A stretch of DNA of 62,973 bases, counting the filler, from Lenisia limosa (taxonomy: Eukaryota > Protista > Breviatea), in the NCBI GenBank assembly GCA_001655205.1. It is 17 parts of 17 records of this genome, joined end to end, with 100 filler letters (N's around TTAATTAATTAA, not from the genome) between each part and the next. Parts side by side here need not be neighbours in the genome. Positions count along the whole stretch, not along the records: positions 1 to 8,238 come from LPNZ01003752.1; positions 8,339 to 15,528 come from LPNZ01005440.1; 15 more parts are not named here. One strand, given 5' to 3'. The notes under the pieces were generated by a model. It was not told where the DNA came from, ran no database searches, and saw nothing but the letters and a program-made list of their open reading frames with translations. This document shows positions 1 through 11,832 of this stretch, piece after piece (the stretch's first letter is position 1; each line of letters opens with the position of its first letter). The position numbers and the translations under genes are program-made.

Positions 1-280
1 GTAAACTTTCCCGGATAGTTGCCATTTATTCCTTGAATGTGGCCTTTTATAACGGTTTTTACTTGTTTTTGACAGTGAGCTCAGGGACTTAATTTGGTTT
101 TGACCCGACAATATGTTAAATTGGGGTTTCATGCTTTAATTAAGATTGAGATTACTTTCGAAAACAAAAGGGAAATAGGGTTTTTGGGTGGTTTATGGTG
201 ATTTTGTAGGGGAAAACTCAAGCTGTCCGGGAGTTTTGATGTGTCCGGGAATTTTGAATGATGTCCGGAGCTTTGACTAT
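1..280 (+). mobile_element. Right end (TIR ~221-280) of a pogo/Tc1-mariner-type DNA transposon, same family as 7051-8238
   Basis: 221-280 is the near-exact reverse complement of 7051-7110, with three internal TGTCCGG/CCGGACA repeats. It ends in CTTTGACTA|TA next to an AT microsatellite, consistent with a TA target. Confidence 0.65.
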
Positions 281-359
281 ACATATATGTATAATATATA
301 TCATATATACAAATGTATTTATGATAAATATAAATATAATATTAAATCATTTCACAATC

Positions 360-3300
360 ATGTGCCTGGCACGTTGAACAAATATTTACCCTATTCCCCA
401 ACCTCTCTTTGTGATGACAAGAAGGCGATTCCACCACCGCTTTGTCTTCCCATTGAGCTTGGTGCTGCAGTAAAACACGGTGTTTGGATCTACACAAGTG
501 AGCCTTGGTGAATTCCGAGTTTAAGCAACATAATGGCCATGTTTTTCAACCAAGAAAGACTTCCTAGAGAGAAAATTCCCTTTTAAAACCCCAAAATTCC
601 CGAACAAACTTCTCTTTGGGTTGTGAGCGGCCACACAGCACAACGGGAATGTGAATCCAAGACAGCAAGGCGAGAGCCGTCTTGGCTAAAAACAAGCTAA
701 AAAGGTTAGTACTACTCTCTCCTTAGCTCAAAATGTTAATGATAGCAGGGATGTTTAATAACTTACCGAACAAGGATCATGCAATTTAGTAGCTGGGGGT
801 GGAAGGGTCAAAATTGAGCACGGATGCTCATATGACCTAAATATTGTGAATATGAGGGCAAAAATCTGGCTGAGATTGTGAATTAAATTATCTCTGTTGT
901 AAGCTTCATTTTTTCAAACGTAACGCTCAATACAAAAATTACCCCTTCATACCAGAGCGAAACTGATGAGTGTGATGAGGCTGATGCGAAAAGAGGATAC
1001 GTTGGGTGGGGTGCAAGGATATGTGCATGTGCCTGAGGTAAGTGAGATGATAACTGCTACTGTATCTGACAACAGGACATGAAAATCGCAAAAGAGCAAT
1101 CCTTGAGCCAAGCTTTCTACCAGTGACCAAAATATTTTAATGTTGTTGTTCAGAAATTCTCCACAAAATACTTTTTCATAAGTGCAATCAGTATGAGTAG
1201 AAAGGTGGGAAGGCAGCACTGAGGGTCCTAATACGGTAAAAACAGTGATCGGATTACAGCACATCACTACCCCTTTTTTCAGGTTGAGTGAAAGGTATCT
1301 GATCAAAAATTGAACAGCCACCTCGTATTTCCTGAGTAACAATAAGATTGGTGTCAGGAGATAACATCTACTCCCACCTGGAGAGACACCAGAGCTGAGC
1401 GAGGAAGCCGATTGTGGTCTCAACAATGAATACCCAGAAGAACTCCCTAGATTATAACTCAGAATTTTGATATGAGAAACACGAAGACAGAAGTAACGGA
1501 AATTGCAAACCTAGTGGAGAAGGGTGTACCAGGTTTGAAGATTGTCTTAGCGATTAAAGAGTGTAAATAATAATACCTCACACACAACAACCAACAGTAT
1601 GTTACAGCTGTACAACATATAGTTATCCCACCTAAGACTGTGGAAGCTACTCGCAGTTTTAGGAAGGGCTGCAGCTCTATTCAGTTCGGGCTTTGGGCTG
1701 GCAGCAACCTAGACACATCAGCAGGGTTTTCATTCTGATGCAAAAAATAAGAGTAGGGTGTATTTAGCTTGTAAAAGAAAAAAAGAAAAAAAAAGTGTGG
1801 CTGTGGTGAAAAGCCCATCACACAGGTCAATCTCACAACTTTCAAAAAGTGGATTTTTTGCTCCGGGCAAACCTCATGAATAGTTGGCTGCGAAGACGAA
1901 AGAGCTCTGAGACCTCTGATTGATGAAGTCATCACTACTTCGGGAGTAGGCGTTGAGGAAGTNNNNNNNNNNNNNNNNNNNNNNNNNNNNNNNNNNNNNN
2001 NNNNNNNNNNNNNNNNNNNNNNNNNNNNNNNNNNNNNNNNNNNNNNNNNNNNNNNNNNNNNNNNNNNNNNNNNNNNNNNNNNNNNNNNNNNNNNNNNNNN
2101 TAGTCTAGGAATGCTTTTGTTTTCGCTTCGAAAAAGAAAACACGAGGGAGGAGTGCATACCGAGCTTTGAGAAGCCGATTTCATAGCCGAGAGTTTTGAG
2201 GAAGAGCTAGAGTAAGGAAGCAGTGGCTTTGACCTTCAGTGTGAATGAAACAAGAGAACCTGGTTAAATCGCATTACAAATTCCCAAAATCATCACAGTA
2301 TCAATTCATTTAGAAGAGAAAAATAATTTCTTGAATATTTGACGGATTCATAGAATATTTGGAAATATATGTAAGAAATCCTCTTGTCCATAAAGCCACA
2401 AACGCAGAGAAGTGCCCTTGTGAAACAACCGAAGAAGGTCTGCTCCGTTGGGAACGAACAACAGCTGGTTTGGCCCACATCCTTCAAGTTGTCAGACATC
2501 ACATAAACGATTGGACAATACCTTGTATTGTCTACTTTTCTATTTATTATGTTCATTGTAGTATATCGTATATATACAGTATACTATGTGATACAATTTG
2601 TAAGTATCGTATCTACATAATGTAATATATAAGCTACATGGTTTATCAAATAGTATATTACATATTATCCTTTCATATAGTATGTATATACATGTATATT
2701 GTCTGATATTTCTATATCCTAGAGTTTGACAAGATTATTTCAACTTACATTGAGAAGGAAATGTTGGGAGAAAAAAAATGGGGAGGAGGGGAGGGGGGGG
2801 GGTAAATGCTCACCTCCTCTGTGCCAAGTTGGCGACTTTGATAACTCCATGATGAGTAGCCGTGGCTATTTGTATTCCGTGAACTCGGTCAGGGCAGCAA
2901 GCTCTGAATGTATCAGACTGGTTAAGGATGCCTCAGTTTTTCAAAAAAGTAAAGTTCAATTACACTGTTCGAGAACACCCAGATTCAGAAGTCACCCCTC
3001 CACCCAATCACCGAGCATCATTTAGAATGACTTCCCCTGGTCCCCATGGACTTGCTAAGTATGGTAAGTTGGGAAGAAAGGCGATAATAACCTGAACAAT
3101 ATGGTTACTAGATATAACAACCACTGCTTCAGTACCTAGGCTCCCAGAAGTAACATTGATGTCCTCATCAACGGAATGCTTTGCATGCAGAATTGACAAA
3201 TTGACAGCAGCTCTGGCCTCCACCCGCAAGGATGTCAAATGGCTATGGAGGACCAGAGACCGCCAAAGGGCCTACATATAATTACAAGGGGAAAGGGCTT

Positions 3301-5870
3301 CATTTTGTTTTCCAAAAAGTCATATGAAATCAGATATTTTTTTGGTCCAATTAAACAGAAGTTAATTTGAAATGAAAGAGCTTATCATACCAACCTGTTT
3401 AGCATCCGGGGTTGCAGAAAAAAGCTTTTTTGGAACCTCAAGCCAACACGTTGCAAGTGATGCTAAAACGTAAGCAACGACAATTTTGCTTTTGCTACAC
3501 GAACACATTTTCATTTCTAATAGTTCCCAAATTACCTGGGACAACAGGGCCCATTTTTTTGGGTCGTGCAGAAGCGGCAAGGCAGGCAAGAGACAGATCA
3601 AGCTTCAATCGGCCTGTTAGAATTAGGATTGAAATAATAGTACAAGACATCCAGTCCATATCATCTAAAGATCGATGCATCTCAACGTTCCATTATCTGC
3701 CTGCTACATAAAAACTCATCTAGTGCTTGGAGTACATATATACATATACCTACAGAGTAGGTGTACAAAAAGGTCCCCCCCTTATAAGAAAGATCATTAA
3801 GATTAGAAAAAATTAATACCTTCGGCTTCCCATCGATCGATGCATGTTGAAGTTGCTGTTGCTTTGGACATCGTGTCATGAGGGGGCTTGACCAACGGCC
3901 AACTAGGATACGCAGGGGCCATGAAGGTGTGTACCATGTGGTTAACCTAAGAGAGAAATGAATGGATGCTTAACATTTAAATAGCTTGAAACCAACGTGT
4001 CGAGCCATAAAAGTCACAAGCATGGCGTCTTGAACTGCAGTGAGCAAAAGATCGTACGTGTGACGATGCATACGTCGAACCTTAGTGGTTAAACGGCTTA
4101 GGGTCATATTTCAATCAAATTTCATTTGTGTACTGATTACCTTGCATCTTACAACACAAGAATGCACAATGATACACAAGAATGATACTAAAGGATATAT
4201 ATACGATATTATAACATGTATCACAAAATAAAATAAAAATTTCAAAAAAAGGACTGAACCACCTTAATACATGTTTTATATATGTACGTCACATAATTTC
4301 CCAGATCGATAAAACCAGTCCTTTTGAGAGGAATTGGCTTATCATCGGATTCTGCTCAAACCTCGTCTGATTCTGCGAGCGGTGACGTGCGACTATCAGG
4401 GGTAGGTTCAAGCCATGGGTTTACCTCAAGCGCGGGCTAAAGAATTGGCCAAGATAAAACATAAATGGGGGGGGGGGGGANNNNNNNNNNNNNNNNNNNN
4501 NNNNNNNNNNNNNNNNNNNNNNNNNNNNNNNNNNNNNNNNNNNNNNNNNNNNNNTTTGCCTGCTTTTTGCGCCTTCTTCTCAACAAGCGCAATGGAGCAG
4601 ATTTACCTATGATAGTTAGTTAGGTGTGTCTTAACCAGACATCTTATCAAATACAAAAAAAACTAAAGTGAAGCAATATTTCTTGACCTATATTACAAAA
4701 TTGTTTAAAAAGCCCCATTATTAATAAAAGACTATCAGAGGCATCCTCTCGTGGCAACCTACACCCTTCCAACCCAAAGAATCCCGAGTCATCTTAGCGA
4801 GTTCCTGTAGTTTGTGATGGTATTCTTCTGTACATACAGGCCGTGCATCAACTTCGTCTAAGCCTATACGGCCTACAATCTGCCCGTGTAAATTCAAAGG
4901 CCTGCTTTGGTGTTATTATGATTTTAAAAGGAAAGAGTAAGACGATAACAATTGACAATAAAAAAAAAACTTTTTGAAGAAAAAGGAAGATCAAAATCGA
5001 ATATTTGAGGGTTTTTATGCTTTGTAAAAAAGTTCTTATCATAAATCTAGGATCAGCAGTCCTTTCGGTGCCAACCGTCCAGTCGTCATCAATATCACTT
5101 GCTGGATCGCTGTCGCTTGATGAAACTTCTTCGTCTGATACACTGATGTCGACTTCTATGGGGGTCAATGAATGTCGGGAAGGATTAAGTATTGGGAACA
5201 TAACCCCTCACCTTTTGGGGGTTCGAAGCTGAGCAAATTTGATATCCAGTCGCTCAGATGAGTAGGTAAAAAGGGGTACTGTCCAGGCTCAGTTGAGGGG
5301 TGTTGGATGTCTTCGCTTTCGATGGCAACAAGAGAAGCACTTCGCGTGATGGATGACGGGTTCTAAACCATAAGGTGAATAACAAGGCTGAGCTTGTTTT
5401 TGTTTTTGTTTTTTAGGCAAACAACAAATTATTTGAATTAAAGAGGATTAATTTATAAGTTTGATCCAATATCGCTATTATATTACTCTTTTATACCTTG
5501 AATGAAAACAATACCAATATTTTAATGTGAAGCAACATATCAGACAATTTTCTTCTCTGTTCAATAGAAAACCTACTTCTAAGGTGGACTCAGACGCTGC
5601 TGAAGGTTTGCCAACTGAGTTCACGCCGACACCAAGTGAAAGACTGGGTCAAATAACAAAAACAAAATAAAAGCCTCATGCTGATGTAAGACTGAATGAA
5701 AGGCATGAAAATATATACAAAAAAACTCAAAGAAGGTTAAAAAAAAAACCCGGAAAAAAAGTATTCAATTCATACTTTTGGACAGACTCAGAAGCTTCAA
5801 ATGTTGCTTCCGAAGGGTGAGTTGAGGAATGCTGAAGGGAAACCAAGGTTCGAAGGTCTGGCCACCTCCA
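360..5870 (-). pseudogene. Multi-exon, apparently degenerate coding region with WD40-like segments and an acidic segment
   Basis: Short GT-AG introns with TACTAAC-like branch points. Peptides include QDGSRLAVLDSHSRCAVW, GIQIATATHHGVIKVANL, IDRWEAEGGTFLYTYS and EVDISVSDEEVSSSDSD. I could not join the exons without stops or frameshifts. Confidence 0.3.
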
Positions 5871-6409
5871 CGGTTCTATTGAGGGGGGTTACTTTGCAAA
5901 GAAGCTCAACATACACCCAGTGTCAGCGATAAGTCACGACAGATCCTAAAGCTCAGTGTCCATGCCATGACTTATCGCGAGAAACAAACTTACAAAAAAA
6001 CAAAATAGAAACAAGAGAACCTCACGTTAGGTAACACGAAAACAAAATCCAAACCACCTGTAGCCTTTCTGAGAGTAGCATAATCGTTCAACACAAGTCC
6101 AACACGAATCACGGTCATGAAGAGTGAAATCACTACCCGACTGACAAGCCAGCTGGTTTGCTCAAGCGACGCAATAGAGTACGTACTGTGTGGTAAGTTA
6201 CAAATGAGTTTGAATAGGATACTACGTATGAAGAACACGGAATCCTACAATATATTGTTGTTAAACAAATCCCCAGCGCACTGATATATATATCCATAGA
6301 TCCTGGAAATTGCCTCTGCTCTCCTGAGCATTGAAAAACTCTACATTTGTCAGCTTAAAAATAAAAGAATATGATAAATAATCGAAATAATCTTCTTGAG
6401 AATACTCTG

Positions 6410-6870
6410 TAGAAATCCTTTTGCAAACCTGGGAGACAGTTGCATGGTGCGTGACAGAATCTGAGACATCCCCAAGGAGATTTTCACATGCATCTAAAAG
6501 CCAGTCCCTTGCTTCGGCCTACAGGATGTCAGCAATTTGCCTCAAGAAAGAAAATCTTTGAGCATTCCCTGGGGATTTTGGTAACAGCAACTGCGGGAGA
6601 TGTTATAATAATATACTACACTGTATATCATGTTTTTCATACAAATATGAGTAAACACAACCCACCTCAGAGCCTCCTCCTTCCTCGAGAATAACTCGAC
6701 AAATGAAGGCTACCTCCCATGAACTCCGCGCACTAAACATAATGACCATATGCACGCACTTGTTGTTAAGGATATATGATAAGTTTATTATACTAGCAGG
6801 CATCTTACCTGAAGAAATGAGCAACTCCTCTGCGTACAGCCTCACGAGAAAGACCAGCCTTCAAAGTAAA
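6410..6870 (-). pseudogene. Possible decayed IS630/Tc1-type transposase N-terminus (HTH region) split by introns
   Basis: Peptides YFEGWS/REAVRRGVAHF and FLRQIADIL*AEARDWLLDACENLLGDVS loosely resemble tandem HTHs. There are in-frame stops, and no DDE core or TIR was found. Confidence 0.2.
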
Positions 6871-7050
6871 TCTTAATATACAGCAGAATCATACGTGTAA
6901 CATTACAATTTTAAGTGTTGAATACCAAAGAAAAGTGAACATCTTTGGTTTTCTTATTCAGTCCTAAAAAATACTTGTAAAGGAAGCCCTAACACCGTGC
7001 CAACAAAGAGCTTGAGTTTTTCAAAAAATCTTCAATAAATATGTATATAT

Positions 7051-8238
7051 ATAGTCAAAGTGCCGGACAACATTCAAAATGAACCGGACACATCAAAACT
7101 CCGGACAAGCTTTTTTTTAAAAAAAATACATTTCTTTGTTTGCCCAGTTTTTGAAGACTACAAAGCTAAAAATTAGTACTATTTCTAATGTAGGCAATTT
7201 CAACCCGAATCTGTGTTATTATGCAGTTTTTACCAACCTTCCTAAAAAGGAAAGTCTCATCCTTTATGTGATAAAATGAATTTTGTGGTGGGTTTTGTCG
7301 TTTTATTTGATAAAACTTAATATTAGTTGTTTTTTTTTACTTTTTGTTAATATACTAACAATAAAATGTTAAAGTGTGAGGTGAATTACCAAAACGTAGG
7401 GTTGGTGGGTGTCAGATTGACTGAATATTTTTTGATGGAAAATCCAGTCAATTTTCAAGAATTAGACGAAAATATTTTTATTTTATTTTTTCACAAAATT
7501 GCCCTCTTACCAAGTGTTTATTACCTTATTAGTAGTTTACATTAGTTCTAAGTGAAATGGTGTTCGTGAAAAAGGATAAGGCAACGAGCACCGAAAACCT
7601 GAGAACAGCTAAGCTCTTGCTGAGGAAGATCCCCGGCTTCTTACAGCTCTCAGTGCAGGAGAAGGTGATTTCCCTGCAAGGAATCGTCAAGGACCACTCA
7701 TTTGAGTTTACCGTTAGAGATTTGGCAGAGTTGATTGGTATTTCCAAATCAATTTACTCTGATGCTGTCAAACGAATCAGAGAGAATAAGATCCCAATAA
7801 AGGTTCACACCGGCAGAAGGCCGAAGCTTTGCCCTGATGTGGAGGGAACTCTTCTCTCTTGGGTCTTCCAAGAAGTTCTTGACGGTGACTTTCCCAAAGA
7901 AAGAGATCCGTCTGATGGTAGGCAGTTTTTGAGATCTTGTCTTGTTTCCCCCTGATCTCTTTTCTTAACCGTTTTCAGGCTGCTTCCTTCCACTTCACCA
8001 CAACGTATGAGACCATCACCCTCTCCACTTCCTGGGTTGACCGCTGGCTTTCTAATTATGAAAGCTTCTTCAAAGTCATGGTAAGAGGTGATAACTTGAA
8101 AACCCCTTCTCTTAAGTTCCTTTTTAAAAAACTAAACTATTTCAAGACCTATTTTATCCTTTAACATGACTTCAACCGATTCTATGTTACCTTTCCAGAC
8201 ACCCAATATTGTTGAAGGAAATCGACATGAAGCAACTA
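7051..8238 (+). mobile_element. Left part of a pogo/Fot1-like DNA transposon: TIR plus intron-containing, frameshifted transposase N-terminus, truncated by scaffold end
   Basis: TA|GTCAAAG TIR with 3 CCGGACA repeats. ORF from 7557 has an HTH (TVRDLAELIGISKSIYSDAVKR), a GRRPKL linker and a CENP-B-type HTH (LLSWV...KEIRLM|AASF...LSTSWVDRWLSNY). Intron 7918-7978; frameshift near 7893. Confidence 0.75.
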
Positions 8239-8338
8239 NNNNNNNNNNNNNNNNNNNNNNNNNNNNNNNNNNNNNNNNNNNNTTAATTAATTAANNNNNN
8301 NNNNNNNNNNNNNNNNNNNNNNNNNNNNNNNNNNNNNN
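8239..8338. other. Artificial scaffold-joining linker (first of 16)
   Basis: Identical 100-bp N44-TTAATTAATTAA-N44 with stops in six frames. Starts at 8239, 15529, 17880, 20152, 21413, 23224, 24420, 26615, 33994, 37282, 41502, 43319, 45175, 46756, 56643, 59791. Confidence 0.98.
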
Positions 8339-10750
8339 TAGAGTATGGCAGTACACCCTTTCTCCACCTCCTCAGGAAAATAAGTACAACGACCATCTTA
8401 TGGCATCATGTCGAAGTGCAAACATATGGCTCCCCCATCTACTCTCCCCCTTTTGCCTTTACCCCTTATTCGGTGCGTGGATATTCCTATGGCACCCCTT
8501 CACAATGAAAACCCCACCCGGTCTAGCCAGAATGCGCCATGCTCCCCGACCACAAAATCATACTCCTCCAACATGAACACTTCTTTTCCCAAGGGGCAGG
8601 AATGATTATATTTCCCAGAATCTCAAGCACATAGTAGAAGCCAAATACCTGGACAAGGAACCATCACAGGAGTTGTCCTGGGAGAAGGGACCTGGCCAGA
8701 CCTCTCCCAACGTCTTGTCATACTGTCAGTATACCTTCCACAAGACGAAAACCTGAAATCAGTTTAACTGGGGAAAACCCCGATTACGCCGTTGCAAAAT
8801 AATGAGGCACAAAGGAACAATCTCCCCCTCGTACGATTGAGCAGCAAACTCCAACAACGCCGCCATCATCATTGGAGGCGATTTCAACGGAGTATCCTAG
8901 ACAAAGTTAGCCAGCAGTCTGGTATTGCAGTTCGAGATCAAGCCTCTCAAGACTCAAAGAAACTGGTGCCCACGACGTTTTAGAATCACCAACCCGGCCA
9001 AGTAGTCCTTCATCTATGGGGCTTAATTCCCACTTCCAGAATCGACTACGTTTTCATACATTCCACCAGAGCCAACTGCCTCAAAAACTGCGAAATGCCC
9101 CATCTCAATATGTCAGTGACCACAGGCCAGTTACCAGCCAAACCAGACTGGACTAGCTCTTCCGTATCAAAAGCGCCCCCCAAAAATTCATCCCCCCTCA
9201 TCAACCCCTCCTCTTTTGAGCGAAGAAGACAAATAATCAAAAGCGAATTTCGGCATCCAAATTCCCTACCATTCAAGACGACAGAAATCCCCAAGAAAGA
9301 AATGACAACGCACTAGCGAGTACGGTCGTCTTCATTCAGCAACAACTAAAGAATGAAGCCGCAGAGGGAATAGCCCGTACAGTAGAAAATGGGAGCGTAG
9401 TGACAACAACCTCAGCGTAACCAACCAAGCCAGACGCCTAATCCTCATTAAATAACCTACTTTCAGTCAATTCGAAACTCCGCAAGGAAATAAAAAAATG
9501 GAGCAAGCTCTCGGAGGAATACAAAGATGAAAACAGGAAAAGAACCTACGGAATCGAATATTTGAAAGTAATTGGAGCAAACATAAAAACACCCAGGACT
9601 CCGCCTGTGCCATCAATACTTGAACCCCCTCAGAAAACAAAGGGCATTTTCATACCACTGAAGAGAAAGTTGAAGCCTGTTTCACTTAGTACTATCAGAA
9701 CCTTTGCGCATGTACGAAACCTCCTAAACTGGATCAGCTCTGGATTCAAAGATCAAGCAAGAGAAGATACCACCACCTCCCATCGCACCTCACCTGTATG
9801 GGTCTAAAAGTGATCAAGATAACTATATCGGGAACGAGAACCTCTGGGAAGGCTGTATCTCCTTCTTTCTTTGGGATAGGGCTGACGAGGCAGCTTCTGT
9901 GAGGAGAAGGGGAAAGCCTATGACGGAGGCATTCGGAGTAAATTGATGCAATAAGTTCTAGTACGTTGTCTGGCATGAGGTTTAGCATACTGTTAGTTAT
10001 TCCATCTTTACCTGGCTACGTGTTGTTAGCATTAGAGAATTAGGACTTTACTTCTGAGGGAATTATGAGTTAAGCTACTCGATGATTCGATTAGTCTTTC
10101 GCCCCTACACCCAAATTCGAGCACCAATTTATGTCAGGACGCTTTCGAACATGAAATCTATTGCAATTTCTCTCCAAGCCATTGGAGTCCCCAAAACTGT
10201 ATCAATTTCGTTATTAGCCTCAGAGAAAATGCTACCGCGGTAAAACAGTCTATGGCTAACTTGATTTGCAGACTTTCACAATATTGGCCTCAATTTGAAC
10301 AAATGCTCCTTCACTGGACAAGTCTTAATGCCAGGAAAAACTATCAACCCCCCCCCCNNNNNNNNNNNNNNNNNNNNNNNNNNNNNNNNNNNNNNNNNNN
10401 NNNNNNNNNNNNNNNNNNNNNNNNNNNNNNNNNNNNNNNNNNGTGGGTCCCCCCAGAGACCCTACAATCACCTTAGGACGCGGAACTTCGACTTGGCAAA
10501 GCCTGGGAGCTTAGAGAGATAGCAAAATCCCTCAGTGGATATATTTCAACTCTCAAATTACACCCCAAACTCCTTGGTCATCAAAACCCATGTTAATAGC
10601 AGACTAGTCTACATTGCCGAACACATAGGCCTAAGTATAACCAAACTCGGATACATCAACTCTTGTATTGCAAGAGGAATCCGCTCTGCCTTAACCTAGG
10701 AAAATCTGCATCCACCAATTTCATTTATCTTTCAAAAGAAGACGGTGGAT
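8339..10750 (+). mobile_element. Degenerate non-LTR retrotransposon (LINE, APE endonuclease plus RT) with internal inversion
   Basis: APE motifs on +: LVILSVYLP, IIIGGDFN (~8870-8889), SRIDYVF, SDHRPV, then YYQNL. RT N-terminal motifs on - (~9790-10070): EVKS..NNT*PGKDGI, LIASIYSECL, PIPKKEGD, FRPI. RT resumes on +: SLQAIGVPK, GLNLNKC, YLSKEDGG. Many stops; no YADD motif seen. Confidence 0.9.
10073..10149 (-). rRNA. Short fragment of eukaryotic LSU (28S) rRNA embedded in the LINE; not a functional gene
   Basis: The minus strand reads ...TCGAATTTGGGTGTAGGGGCGAAAGACTAATCGAATCATCGAGTAGCT. This matches the conserved eukaryotic LSU stretch TTTGGGTATAGGGGCGAAAGACTAATCGAACCATCTAGTAGCT with few mismatches. 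Confidence 0.75.
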
Positions 10751-10788
10751 AACCAGGGTCCTAGTGTGGCTATCAAATCTGCACAAAA

Positions 10789-11100
10789 GCGCAGTGTGTA
10801 TCGTTGGGCAAAGTTGTTGACTCTAGTCATCCAGTCCGTCTGGCCGTCATCGTACTACTACTGAGGAAGAACATTTTTGAGAAGGTCACACCATCTCAAA
10901 GTCGTGATCTCAACCAAATTGAGCATGCGTAGCAGCTTCTTGACTCCAAGTTACGAGCTTCTGGCATCAAATCGACCTTAGAATCCGAGATGATGGAAAA
11001 ACTGCAAGTCTCATTGGATAAGATCACCGCTGCTGAGACTCAGTACTTCATTTCATCAATGGGAAGAAGGTATCAGGTCGTTATTGACGCAGAGGTACAA
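10789..11100 (+). mobile_element. Tc1-like transposase C-terminal fragment (decayed)
   Basis: PSQSRDLNQIEHA*QLL corresponds to the Tc1 WPxQSPDLNPIExxW motif, and FISSMGRRYQVVIDAE to LIxSMxRRxxxVIxAxG. Confidence 0.8.
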
Positions 11101-11509
11101 CGAAATATTAGTGTATTTTCATGGTTTTGACATGTCTAATTTATAGAGTTTCCACATACACGCATTGCCACCAGCCTCTCCATATGATATGTCAGTATTA
11201 CTCTTGACACTCGATTTTCTCAAACAAAGTTGGCAAAAATTAAACAACTGGTGTTGTATTTTGTACGGAAGTCGGAAGTTGAAATGTGCATGTTTTTGAG
11301 GACTTCATGGCAATTAGTTGTTGAGATTGACAAAAATTATTAAAGTGTCGAAAGGGAGTTCCGGTTACAATATTATGTCCTTATGGACTACTTTTTGATA
11401 GAGTCTTCATCAGGTTGAGGGTTTATCAACAAAAACAAAGAAAGTAACAAAATGAAAGGGTTGATTCAAATAATTTGACAGCTTCCATTGTTAGGTATAA
11501 TCGTTTAGT

Positions 11510-11832
11510 CGCTACCTTTGCAACCATCCAGGTTGCAATCGGGTGTTTACTTACTCCTCAAATTTATCTCGTCATCGAAGAAGTCATTCTGGAAAACGAA
11601 GTTTTACTTGCCAACAGGAAGGTTTGACAGTTTTACAATAACCGCAGGATGTGTTGGCTCTTTTGTGACACGTCAGTCCTTGTTGAACCATTATAGATTA
11701 AAGCATCCTGAGGTGTGCTCTGAAACACTTCCTCAATGTGCCAATGTTAAAAGGCTTCGGTATTTATCTACAGGTTTGATTTTTCTTTGTTTCGCTTTTG
11801 TTTAAGATGAGTCAAACGAGATGTGCTACTAA
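11510..11832 (+). CDS. C2H2 zinc-finger protein, partial (two fingers)
   Basis: RYLCNHPGCNRVFTYSSNLSRHRRSHSGKRSFTCQQE|GCVGSFVTRQSLLNHYRLKH. A 25-nt GT-AG intron (11622-11646) restores the second finger. Start and end are uncertain. Confidence 0.75.

Noticed and set aside
3780-3820. NACHT-like KVLIFSNLNDL motif in ORF 3682-3879
   Set aside because: It falls inside a ~39-nt GT-AG intron-like AT-rich segment.
4405-4414. tRNA T-loop-like GGTTCAAGCC
   Set aside because: No acceptor stem, D-arm or anticodon arm could be built.
8283-8294. Recurrent TTAATTAATTAA as a biological motif
   Set aside because: It is always centred in exactly 44+44 Ns, so it is an artificial six-frame-stop linker.
360-11100. 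Stop-codon reassignment, suggested by in-frame TAA/TAG/TGA in several ORFs
   Set aside because: The stops occur only in decayed elements, alongside frameshifts. Conserved genes have no internal stops, and gene models end in TAA (GCN1, DUF4392), TAG or TGA.
11495-11508. Record-short 14-nt intron (GTATAATCGTTTAG) upstream of the zinc fingers
   Set aside because: The upstream frame has a TAA at 11445 and no ATG, so the AG is more simply the end of a longer intron.
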